From assembly GCA_034422735.1 (NCBI GenBank), contig DAOUJL010000039.1, positions 31,021 through 95,020 on the forward strand: DNA of 64,000 nucleotides, written 5' to 3'. Origin of the DNA: Dehalococcoidia bacterium (GTDB taxonomy: Bacteria > Chloroflexota > Dehalococcoidia > Lucifugimonadales > CATOSD01). The notes beneath the pieces were generated by a model. It did not search any database. It was not told the origin of the DNA and saw only the letters and a program-made list of their open reading frames with translations. Below are positions 1 to 9,047 of this stretch, piece after piece. Both the position numbers and the translations under genes were made by a program. Every line of letters begins with the position of its first letter. The stretch's first letter is position 1.

Positions 1-965
1 CCGCCCTCGGCCGTCAGGGAGTGGAACACGTCCTCGAGGCGAGCCCGGTCCTCGTGGAGCTCCCACAGCACCCAGTCCCGCTCCTTTGCCAGAGCGAAAA
101 TCTGGGGGCGCAGATCCTCTTCGCCCGCCACTGAGACGACGTAGCGCTTGCGGCCTTCCACGGGAGCCAGGCGGTCTACGTCCCCCACGTTGGGCAGGCG
201 CTTGAGTCCGGTCTCGACCTCGTTGCCCTCGATCTCGACGTGGACCTGTCGCTGGCCCCTGGCGCGCACCAGCAGCTCTTCGACAGGACTGTCGGTGACG
301 AGCTTGCCGCGGTTGATGAGCAGCACGCGCTCACACGTGGTCTCGACCTCCTGCATCACGTGGGTGCTGAGCAGCACGGTGCGCTCCTGGCCCAGCGAGC
401 GAATCAGATCGCGAATGGTCAGGCGCTGGTTGGGGTCCAGACCCTCGGTGGGTTCGTCCATGATGAGAATGGACGGCCTGTGAAGGATGGCCTGGGCGAG
501 CCCGACGCGCTGCCGGTAGCCCTTGGAAAGCTGGCTGATGGGCCGGTAGTAGTACTCCTGGAGGCCGGTCTCCTCGACGGTGCGGTCCATGTTGTCGCGG
601 CGCTCGGCGCCGGTAAGGCCCCGGAGATCGGCGACGAAAGAGAGGTATTCCCGCACGAGCAGGTCGCCGTAGAGGGGGTTGTTCTCGGGCAGGTAGCCTA
701 TGCTCTGCCGGGTGAGCCTGTCCTGGGCCAGCGTGTCGACGCCGTCGATGAGAATCGACCCGGTGTCCTGGGTGTAGAACGAGGTGAGCAGGCGCATGGT
801 GGTGGACTTTCCGGCGCCGTTGGGGCCGAGAAATCCCACCACCTCGCCGGTGGCGATCTTGAACGTCAGGTCGTCGACGGCAGTGTGGGAGCCGAAGCTC
901 TTGCTGACGCCGGTGGCCTCGATCGTGTAGCGGGCATCACCGTTCGAGCGTTCGTCTATAGCCAA
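1..965 (-). CDS. ABC transporter ATP-binding protein (3' end runs off the window)
   Basis: Absent from the ORF track because no stop lies inside the window. My own minus-strand translation from TTG at 965 reads LAIDERSNGDARYTIEATGVSKSFG..GFLGPNGAGKSTTMRLL (Walker A)..LSKGYRQRVGLAQA (signature)..ILIMDEPTEGLD (Walker B). GGAAGAGG Shine-Dalgarno lies 6 nt upstream of the TTG. Track ORFs 148..483 and 240..971 are its antisense shadows. Confidence 0.85.
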   Translation of the reverse strand, partial: MAIDERSNGDARYTIEATGVSKSFGSHTAVDDLTFKIATGEVVGFLGPNGAGKSTTMRLLTSFYTQDTGSILIDGVDTLAQDRLTRQSIGYLPENNPLYGDLLVREYLSFVADLRGLTGAERRDNMDRTVEETGLQEYYYRPISQLSKGYRQRVGLAQAILHRPSILIMDEPTEGLDPNQRLTIRDLIRSLGQERTVLLSTHVMQEVETTCERVLLINRGKLVTDSPVEELLVRARGQRQVHVEIEGNEVETGLKRLPNVGDVDRLAPVEGRKRYVVSVAGEEDLRPQIFALAKERDWVLWELHEDRARLEDVFHSLTAEG

Positions 966-1001
966 GCCTGACCTCTTCCTGGATGGTAGCCAGCGCGCGG
1001 G

Positions 1002-2603
1002 CTAGTCGTCGAACGGGGCGGGCAGCTTCATGGGGTTGAGCTCGGTGATGAGCGACTCGGTGGTCAGCACCATACCGGCCACGCTCGCGGCGTTCTCCAG
1101 GGCCGAGCGGGCAACCTTTGCCGGGTCGATGATGCCCATCTCCAGCATGCTGCCGTAGCGCTCGGTCTCGGCGTCGAAACCGTAGTCTCCGGAGCCTCCC
1201 TTGACGCCGCTGAGCACCACGTTTCCGCTGAGCCCGGCGTTGTCGACGAGGAGCACCAGGGGGGACTCCACGGCCCTAAGCAGAATGCCGACGCCCGTGG
1301 ACTCGTCGCCCTCGGCCTCCAGTTTGGAGCCTGCGGCCTGCGCGGCGCGCACCAGCGAGGTGCCGCCGCCGGCGACTATGCCTTCCTCGATGGCCGCGCG
1401 GGTGGCCGCGAGCGCGTCCTCGAGCCGCTGGCGCTTCTCGCGGAGCTCGACCTCGGTGTAGGCGCCCACCTTGAGCACGGCCACGCCGCCGGAGAGCTTG
1501 GCCGCGCGCTCATCCAGCTTCTCGCGGTCGTAATCGGACGACGTGTCCTCGGCCTGCGACTTGAGCTGGGCGATGCGGGCGGCGATGGCGTCCTTGTCGC
1601 CGACGCCCTCTACGAAGGTGGTGTTGTCCTTGTCGGCGACTACCCTGCGGCAGCGGCCCAGGTCGGCCATCTCCGCCGAGTCGAGCTTGCGCCCGATGTC
1701 GGCGCTGATGACGTTAGCGCCGAAGAGCACGGCCATGTCTTCCAGGATGGCCTTGCGGCGCTCGCCGAAACCGGGGGCCTTGATCGCGAGGCAGTTGAGC
1801 GTGCCGCGCAGCTTGTTGACGACCAGGGTCGCCAGCGCCTCGCCCTCCACGTCCTCGGCGACGATGACCAGCGTGCGGCTGACTGCGGTGAGCTTCTCAA
1901 GCAGCGGAAGCAGGTCTGCCATGGAGGTTATCTTCTCAGAGGTGATGAGCACGTAGGGGTCTTCGAGCTCGGCGGCCATCTTGGTGGCGTCGGTGACGAA
2001 GTAGGGGGAGATGAAGCCGCGGTCGATCTGCATGCCCTCGACGTACTCGACCTCGTATCCGACTCCCTTGGACTCCTCGACGGTGATGATTCCCTCGCTG
2101 CCGACGTCGTCGAGCACGTCGGCGAGTATCCGGCCCATCTCCTCGTCGTGGGCGGCGAGGACGGCGACCTGCTCTATTTGCTCCCTGCCATCCACGGGCC
2201 GGGCCATGGACTCGATCTCGGTCCTCATGGCGGCGACGGCTTTTTCGATGCCGCGCTTGAGGGCCAGGGGGTTGGCGCCGGCGGTAATGTTCTTGAAGCC
2301 CTCGCGCACGATGCTCTGGGCGAGAATGGTGGAGGTGGTGGTGCCATCGCCAACGGCGTCGTTGGTCTTGCTGGCCGCCTCCTTGAGGAGCTGGGCGCCC
2401 ATGTTCTGGAACGGCTCCTTGAGCTCGATCTCCTTGGCGATGGTGACGCCGTCGCTGCACACCTGCGGCGGACCGAAGTCGTCGTCGAGGATGACGTTGC
2501 GGCCCTTAGGCCCCAGCGTGACGCCGACGGCCTTAGCGAGAACGTCGAACCCTTCCATTAGCTGGCTTCGGGCGTCCTGACTGTACTGAAGCTGCTTAGC
2601 CAT
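1002..2603 (-). CDS. groEL: Chaperonin GroEL (60 kDa)
   Basis: 533 aa with MAKQLQYSQDAR..VGVTLGPKGRNV..AVGDGTTTSTILA..AVLKVGA motifs. GGGAGGGG SD upstream. No groES ORF is adjacent on either side. Confidence 0.97.
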   Translation of the reverse strand: MAKQLQYSQDARSQLMEGFDVLAKAVGVTLGPKGRNVILDDDFGPPQVCSDGVTIAKEIELKEPFQNMGAQLLKEAASKTNDAVGDGTTTSTILAQSIVREGFKNITAGANPLALKRGIEKAVAAMRTEIESMARPVDGREQIEQVAVLAAHDEEMGRILADVLDDVGSEGIITVEESKGVGYEVEYVEGMQIDRGFISPYFVTDATKMAAELEDPYVLITSEKITSMADLLPLLEKLTAVSRTLVIVAEDVEGEALATLVVNKLRGTLNCLAIKAPGFGERRKAILEDMAVLFGANVISADIGRKLDSAEMADLGRCRRVVADKDNTTFVEGVGDKDAIAARIAQLKSQAEDTSSDYDREKLDERAAKLSGGVAVLKVGAYTEVELREKRQRLEDALAATRAAIEEGIVAGGGTSLVRAAQAAGSKLEAEGDESTGVGILLRAVESPLVLLVDNAGLSGNVVLSGVKGGSGDYGFDAETERYGSMLEMGIIDPAKVARSALENAASVAGMVLTTESLITELNPMKLPAPFDD

Positions 2604-2666
2604 CTGTGAATCTACCCCTCCCAGGTCGTTTGTCAGGGCCGCTTGGGCGGCGCTGCTGCAGTTCGT

Positions 2667-2675
2667 ATTCTACCA
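2667..2675 (-). promoter_or_regulatory. Possible extended -10 promoter (TGgTAGAAT) for groEL
   Basis: Minus strand reads tgTGgTAGAATacgaac about 65 nt upstream of the groEL ATG. No good -35 element. Confidence 0.3.
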
Positions 2676-3003
2676 CAAAGGCTTTCTCCAAGGTGGCGGC
2701 GGGCCACATGGATTTGCCAGGGGCCGGAGCGCGGCATGGGGGGCCTTGTCAGGTTCCCGGCTGCACTCGGAATGCGTGGATCAGGGTCTTTGGGCGCGGC
2801 ACTCCGAAAAATCTGCTCAGTTCTGCTACATTCTGCCCATTCCGTAGCTGGGCGGGTTCGATTTTCTGTTCAGTCGCTGTACCAGCGGTGGTAGGTTCTG
2901 TCACAGGAACCGCGCGGAATGTCGCAGATCGTGACGGCGGTCCCGCGCCGGAGGCGGGCGGGTTTGAAACCCTACCCTACCGGCGGCTACAGCGCCTATG
3001 CAG

Positions 3004-3032
3004 TTGACGGTAGCACATGCGTGCTGTAGATT
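3004..3032 (+). promoter_or_regulatory. Orphan sigma70-like promoter (TTGACG-17-TAGATT) with a palindrome in the spacer
   Basis: TTGACG at 3004..3009, a 17-nt spacer containing AGCACATGCGTGCT (inverted repeat), and TAGATT at 3027..3032. No convincing CDS follows for about 360 nt. Confidence 0.3.
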
Positions 3033-3293
3033 CAAGAGCGTTGTCACGGCCTACTCCTCGGTTGCGAAATGCGGGGCTACTTGACATAAGGTCGTGGAGA
3101 GGGCCTGAGAGTGGGAATTTTTGTGGCATGAATAGGGAAGATCTGAGCGCCGGCGAGAATGGAAATGGCGTCGGAGTTACGCGATTGGGAAGACTTGAGA
3201 CACGAATTCTGGATGATGTGGGGTATCGCAGAGACGCACGTGAGCACTCTTGCGACGGATAGTGAACAGGCCCTGCGGCCGGCGCGAGCCAAG

Positions 3294-3322
3294 TTGACAC
3301 CCTAACCGTCGCACATTAGCAT
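3294..3322 (+). promoter_or_regulatory. Sigma70-like promoter (TTGACA-17-TAGCAT) for the NHL-repeat gene
   Basis: TTGACA at 3294..3299, a 17-nt spacer, and TAGCAT at 3317..3322, about 75 nt upstream of the ATG at 3397. Confidence 0.4.
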
Positions 3323-3396
3323 AAGCCCGAGCCGTTTCGGGGCGGTTGCGCAGCGCGCGCCGCACCAAATTCGCACATCAATTAAGGAGGCTGACC

Positions 3397-4347
3397 ATGG
3401 CCGTTATTCTGGGCGAAGGGGACTTCCGGTACGAGGCGCTCGCCGAGTGGGAGAAGCTGCCGGACGGGATGGAACTGCTGGAGACGCCGGGCGTGGCCGT
3501 GGACTCCAAGGACCAGGTGTACGCCTTTACACGCAACCCCGACAATCCGGTCGTCGTGCTGGATGCCGACGGCAACCTGGTGCGCACGTTCGGCCAGGGC
3601 ATCTTCGGCAAGCGGTCGCACGGCATACTGATAGGCCCGGACGACTCGGTGTGGTGCGCCGACGACGGCATCCACACGATCACCAAGTTCTCCCCGGAAG
3701 GAGAGCTGCTGCTGACGATAGGCACCACGAACAAGCCGGCACCGATATGGAGCGGCCAGCCCTTCAACCGGCCCACGCACGCGGGCGTGTCGCCGAACAC
3801 GGGCCACATTTTCGTCACCGACGGCTACGGCAACTCGCGGGTTCACAAGTACACGCCGGAGGGCGAGCTTGTGCTGTCGTGGGGCGAGCCGGGCATCGAC
3901 GCGGGCCAGTTCATCCGGCCGCACAACGTCGCGGTGGACTCGGACGACCTGGTGTACGTGGCGGACCGGGAGGCGCACCGGGTGCAGGTGTTCGACGCGG
4001 ACGGCAACTTCGTCACGATGTGGAACAACATACACCGGCCCGACGGCATGACGCTGGGGCCGGACGGCAACATCTACGTGGGCGAGCTGAACGGCATGGG
4101 CGGCGTGGACGACGCGCCGGGCCTGGGACACAGGGTCAGCATCCTCAATCGGGACGGCAAGCTGCTGGCGCGGTTCGGCGATCCCGAGGAGGGCGAGGAG
4201 CCGGGCAAGTTCATCGCCCCGCACGGAATCGCGGTGGACTCACGCGGCGACATCTACGTTGGCGAGGTAGCCTTCACAATCCGGGGCAGCCACATGGACC
4301 CGCCCCGGTATCCCAAGAGCCTGAAGAAGCTGCGCAAGCTGGGCTAG
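3397..4347 (+). CDS. NHL-repeat six-bladed beta-propeller protein (peptidylamidoglycolate-lyase-like)
   Basis: Repeated YVxD / GxFxxPHGxAVD units (FIRPHNVAVDSDDLVYVADR, FIAPHGIAVDSRGDIYVGE). Start moved to ATG 3397, which is preceded by AAGGAGG. The track start at 3346 is a TTG extension. Confidence 0.8.
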   Translation: MAVILGEGDFRYEALAEWEKLPDGMELLETPGVAVDSKDQVYAFTRNPDNPVVVLDADGNLVRTFGQGIFGKRSHGILIGPDDSVWCADDGIHTITKFSPEGELLLTIGTTNKPAPIWSGQPFNRPTHAGVSPNTGHIFVTDGYGNSRVHKYTPEGELVLSWGEPGIDAGQFIRPHNVAVDSDDLVYVADREAHRVQVFDADGNFVTMWNNIHRPDGMTLGPDGNIYVGELNGMGGVDDAPGLGHRVSILNRDGKLLARFGDPEEGEEPGKFIAPHGIAVDSRGDIYVGEVAFTIRGSHMDPPRYPKSLKKLRKLG

Positions 4348-4378
4348 GGGTGACGGGGGCGGCCAAGCGAGCCGTCCC

Positions 4379-4855
4379 CTACCGGCTCTGCTCGGCCAGT
4401 AGCGTCTCGTGGGCCCTATCTTCTATCACCAGAGAACGACCGACAGAGCGCAGGGCCTTCTCAACTGACGTCATGTGTGAGCCGTAGCCTGGATCCAGCA
4501 GCCTGCGGATAGCGTTCTCGTGCAGGCCCAAGCGGCCGCCAAGGTCCGCGTTCGTAATGCCTTGTTCTCGCATCGCCTTGTAAAGGGCCAGCTTTGCGGC
4601 GACGACGGGCGACACCGTGATCAGCACCTGGCCGTCTTGCAAGGGGCTGGGTGAGGGGATGTCTTCGTCGTTGCTGGCGTACATGCTCAATGCGACGCGC
4701 AAGCAGTCGCCGGCCGCCTCGAGGGCATCCTCCCACGACCACGCGCCCGAGTTGGCGCCGTACACGTCCGGGAACGTCACATTGTAGGCTTCCCTTCCGG
4801 TCACGCGTTCCTCTTCTCTATCACGGACTATGTTGCATGGATAGGCGTAACGCAC
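4379..4855 (-). CDS. hicB: HicB-family antitoxin with C-terminal HTH
   Basis: 158 aa. The N-terminal domain is HicB/UPF0150-like (YNVTFPDVYGANSGAWSWEDALEAAGDCLRVAL). The C-terminal part is XRE-type HTH (ITNADLGGRLGLHENAIRRLL). Lies 3 nt downstream of hicA. Confidence 0.8.
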   Translation of the reverse strand: MRYAYPCNIVRDREEERVTGREAYNVTFPDVYGANSGAWSWEDALEAAGDCLRVALSMYASNDEDIPSPSPLQDGQVLITVSPVVAAKLALYKAMREQGITNADLGGRLGLHENAIRRLLDPGYGSHMTSVEKALRSVGRSLVIEDRAHETLLAEQSR

Positions 4856-4858
4856 GGC

Positions 4859-5065
4859 CTAAAGCTCCCTTCTATCGAGATGCAAGTCTCTCAGCATCGA
4901 GGCCAGTGTGCCGACAGGAATTTCACCATGAGGGACCGTAGTCCTGTAGGGGCCGAGCCACAACTGTCCGTGACTACCCTTGCCGCGTGAGGCGGAGTAG
5001 TTGAAATTTAGCCTGCGCCTACGGGCATATCTACGGACTCTCCTGAGAAACTCCCTGTCGTTCAC
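4859..5065 (-). CDS. hicA: HicA-family mRNA interferase toxin
   Basis: 68 aa with the RGKGSHGQLW..TTVPHGEIPVGTLASMLRDL HicA pattern. GTG start. Confidence 0.8.
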   Translation of the reverse strand: MNDREFLRRVRRYARRRRLNFNYSASRGKGSHGQLWLGPYRTTVPHGEIPVGTLASMLRDLHLDRREL

Positions 5066-5071
5066 AAGGTC

Positions 5072-5100
5072 ATTTCAGCAGATGGTCGGGCAAATATCAA
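5072..5100 (-). promoter_or_regulatory. Possible promoter (TTGATA-17-TGAAAT) giving a leaderless hicA mRNA
   Basis: Minus strand reads TTGATA (5100..5095), a 17-nt spacer, then TGAAAT (5077..5072). Only 6 nt separate the -10 from the GTG start at 5065. Confidence 0.3.
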
Positions 5101-5160
5101 GGCAGTCCTGCCATCCCGAACCGTGCCACGACTCCACCGTGGGCGGTCCGCGAACCGCCC

Positions 5161-6101
5161 CTACGTCTGCGCGGTGGCCAGCAGCGTCTCGACGTCCGCG
5201 CGCGACGGCATGGCGGCCTGCGCGCCGGGGACGGTGACGGCGAGCGCGCCCGCGGCCGCGCCGAAGCGCACCGACTCGCCGAGCGATAGACCCTCGGCGG
5301 CAGCGACCGCGAAGGCAGCGCCGAAGGCGTCACCGGCGGCCACGGTGTCCACCACATCCACGGTGAACGCCGGCACGTGGCCCGATTCGTCCTCGGAGGC
5401 GTAGTACGCTCCCTGCTCGCCCAGCTTGACCAGAGAGACGGGCGCGCCCGTGGCGCGGAGCCGAGTGGCGGCGTCCGCGGCCGACGCCAGGTCGGTGACC
5501 TCGACGCCGGACAGCATGGACGCCTCGGTCTGGTTGGGGGTCAGCACGTCTGCGGCGGCGTGGATGCCCGGGGGCGCCATCTGTGCGGGAGCGGGGTCCC
5601 ACACGACGCGAACGCCGCGCCGCCGGGCCGCGGCGGCGGCCTCGAGGGTGAGCGCGGCGGGCGTTTCGAGTTGCAGGAGAAGCGCGTCCGCGCCGTCGAG
5701 GGCGCGCTGCACGGCGCGGAGCTGCGCCTGGTCGCAGGCGAGGTTGGCGCCGTACACGGCCACGATGCGGTTCTCCCTGCTGGCGTCCAGCCATATCATC
5801 GCCACGCCGGAGGCGTTGTCGGGATCGACAGCGACGCCCCCGACGTCGATTCCCTCCGAGCGCAGGCCGTCGAGCAGGGCCGCACCGAACGGGTCGTCGC
5901 CGACGCGGCCCACCATGCGCACCTCCGCGCCGAGCCGAGCCGCGGCGACCGCCTGGTTGGCGCCCTTGCCGCCCGGCAGCGTGTAGAAGAGATCGCCCAC
6001 GACCGTCTCACCGGCCTGCGGCAAGGTCTCGGCGAGAGCCGTGAGGTCCATGATGATGCTGCCGAACACCACGATGACGGGGCGCTTGCGAGTCTGGTTC
6101 G

Positions 6102-6105
<4 letters not shown>
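5161..6105 (-). CDS. rbsK: Ribokinase (PfkB family)
   Basis: Real start is MTNQTRKRPVIVVFGSIIMDL at 6105; the upstream 71 aa of the track ORF are Arg-rich junk. Carries GGKGANQAVAAARLG and the C-terminal DTVAAGDAF anion-hole motif. ATGA overlap with the upstream HAD gene. Confidence 0.85.
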
Positions 6106-7243
<1,138 letters not shown>

Positions 7244-7391
7244 TCAGTTCGCCCTGTTTACTCGCATCGGGAGTTAACGACCCTAGCTACAAAGCGAAGC
7301 GCATGGTCGGCGTGCCGGGAGATCATCGTGAAACTAACGCCTCGCAGGGTGTGGTGGCTCATCGTGCTGCCGGTGGCGCTGTTCGTGCTCA

Positions 7392-8456
7392 TCATGGCGC
7401 TGAGGTCGGCGCCGCCTTCGTAACCCTCGCCCGCTGCCGCAGCATCTCCGCCAGGCCGACGTTGATCTCTCTGGCGATGCCGGGACCTCGGTAGACCATG
7501 CCGGTATATAGCTGCACGGTGGTCGCTCCAGCGAGCAGCGCGGCGTAGGCTTCCCCGGCGGATGATATGCCCCCGCAGGCGTTGATGGCGAGACTCGGGC
7601 CGACCTCGGCCCTGACGTCCGCCACCATGCGCAGCATGTCCCCGAACACCACCCTACCGCTTACACCGCCGGACCCGACGGCCAGTCGGGAGTCGCGTGC
7701 GGGCCAGGTGTTGGAGACGGTCAGGGCGTCGGCGCCCATGTGCTCGCAGACGCCCGCGAGGGCCAGAACCCGCTGCCTCGCGGCGTCGTCATCGGGGCGG
7801 GCAGGCGCGTAGGGAGGCAGCTTGACGAACAGCGGCTTCGAGCGGCGCTCGTTTACCCTGTCGAGCAGATCGGTGAGGGCCGCGGGCTGCTGGAACACTC
7901 GTATTCCCTGCGTGTTGGGCGAGCTGATATTGACCTCGACGGCGTCGCAGAACGGCTCGGCGGCGCGATGGCACGCCACAACCTCCTCGGGCGCGACGCC
8001 GGACACGCTCACGACCACGGGGGCGTCCCCCAGCCGCCCGCGGTCGCGACGCAGCCGGCTTACGGCGTACTCGACACCCATGTTGGGGAATCCCATGGCG
8101 TTGATGAGCGACTCGTCGGCTTCGTAGCGCAGCACGCGCGGCGAGGGGTTGCCGGGCCGCGGCTGGAGGGTGACGGTGCCGCCGGTGACGTAGCCGAAAC
8201 CGAGCGCGGCGAGGGACGGCAACATCTCGCAGTTCTTGTCGAAGCCGGCCGCGACGCCCACCGGGTTACGCAGGGGCAGACCGGCGATATCGGTTCGCAG
8301 GGCCGGGTCGCGGACCGTCAGGAAGGGCGAGAGCCTCTCCCACAGCCAGTGCTGCCGGAGTGCGGCGGCGCTCACGCCGTGGGCGGTCTCCGCGTCGACG
8401 CGGAAGAACAGGCCCCGGGCGAGGGCGCGGAACGAGCTAGGTTTGAGGATTAGCAA
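7392..8456 (-). CDS. pyrD: Dihydroorotate dehydrogenase, class 2 (quinone)
   Basis: Motifs NPVGVAAGFDKN, VEVNISSPNT, TVSNT and GGISS. Start trimmed to TTG 8456 (MLILKPSSFRALARGLFFRVDAETAH), with GGGAGG 9 nt upstream. The track ORF extends into the upstream gene. Confidence 0.85.
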   Translation of the reverse strand: MLILKPSSFRALARGLFFRVDAETAHGVSAAALRQHWLWERLSPFLTVRDPALRTDIAGLPLRNPVGVAAGFDKNCEMLPSLAALGFGYVTGGTVTLQPRPGNPSPRVLRYEADESLINAMGFPNMGVEYAVSRLRRDRGRLGDAPVVVSVSGVAPEEVVACHRAAEPFCDAVEVNISSPNTQGIRVFQQPAALTDLLDRVNERRSKPLFVKLPPYAPARPDDDAARQRVLALAGVCEHMGADALTVSNTWPARDSRLAVGSGGVSGRVVFGDMLRMVADVRAEVGPSLAINACGGISSAGEAYAALLAGATTVQLYTGMVYRGPGIAREINVGLAEMLRQRARVTKAAPTSAP

Positions 8457-8473
8457 GTCGGAGTGCCTCCCAG

Positions 8474-9019
8474 CTACGGCAGGCGGGGCGCTCCGGCGTC
8501 CGGCTCGACCTGGAAGGCGTTCAGCGCGCAGGCCAGCATGCCGTAGTAGCCCATGGTGGCCGTGAGCTCGGTGACGCCCTGCTCGCCGAATCGCGCCTTG
8601 GCCGCCTCGAAGGTGGCGTCGGAGACGCGCTTCGAGCGGAACAGCTCGCGCGCGTAGCCCACGATCACTGCCTCGTCCTCGGTCAGGTCGTTGAGCGAGC
8701 CGCGCTGCGCCACGACCTCCACGGCCTCGGGGCGAACGCCGGCGTCCAGCGCGAGGCCCCGATGCGCCGACCACTCGTAGTCGCAATCGAACTCGCGCGA
8801 CGTGGAGATGATGGCCAGCTCGCGGTCGGCGGCGCCGAGCGTGGATTCGAAGCGGATGTAGGCGCCGAGATGCGCGGCGCGTCCGGCGACCTCGGGCGAG
8901 TTGAGCAGCACCGAGAAAGGGCCGCTGATCTGGCCGCGGCTGGAGGCTATCGAGTCTACGATGGAAGCCTTTCCCGCGGGGACCTGGTCTTTGCTGGTTA
9001 TGATGGGCACTCGGGTCAT
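8474..9019 (-). CDS. Carboxymuconolactone decarboxylase (AhpD-like) family protein
   Basis: 181 aa of all-helical CMD-type sequence (RELAIISTSREFDCDYEWSAHRGLAL). Confidence 0.75.
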   Translation of the reverse strand: MTRVPIITSKDQVPAGKASIVDSIASSRGQISGPFSVLLNSPEVAGRAAHLGAYIRFESTLGAADRELAIISTSREFDCDYEWSAHRGLALDAGVRPEAVEVVAQRGSLNDLTEDEAVIVGYARELFRSKRVSDATFEAAKARFGEQGVTELTATMGYYGMLACALNAFQVEPDAGAPRLP

Positions 9020-9047
9020 GTGTTGCTTCTCCCGTGTAGGTTTCGCG

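Noticed and set aside
2851-2880. tRNA/tmRNA-like T-arm fragment (gctGGGCGGGTTCGATTttctg).
   Set aside because: There is no complementary 3' stem (CCGCC), no acceptor stem and no CCA. It cannot fold as a tRNA or as the tmRNA 3' domain. At most it is a relic.
3241-3267. CIRCE-like heat-shock operator (TGAGCACTC-N9/10-ATAGTGAAC) in the region upstream of groEL.
   Set aside because: Only the left half-site resembles TTAGCACTC; the right half matches GAGTGCTAA at about 5 of 9 positions. It also lies about 640 nt from the groEL start and nearer the NHL gene.
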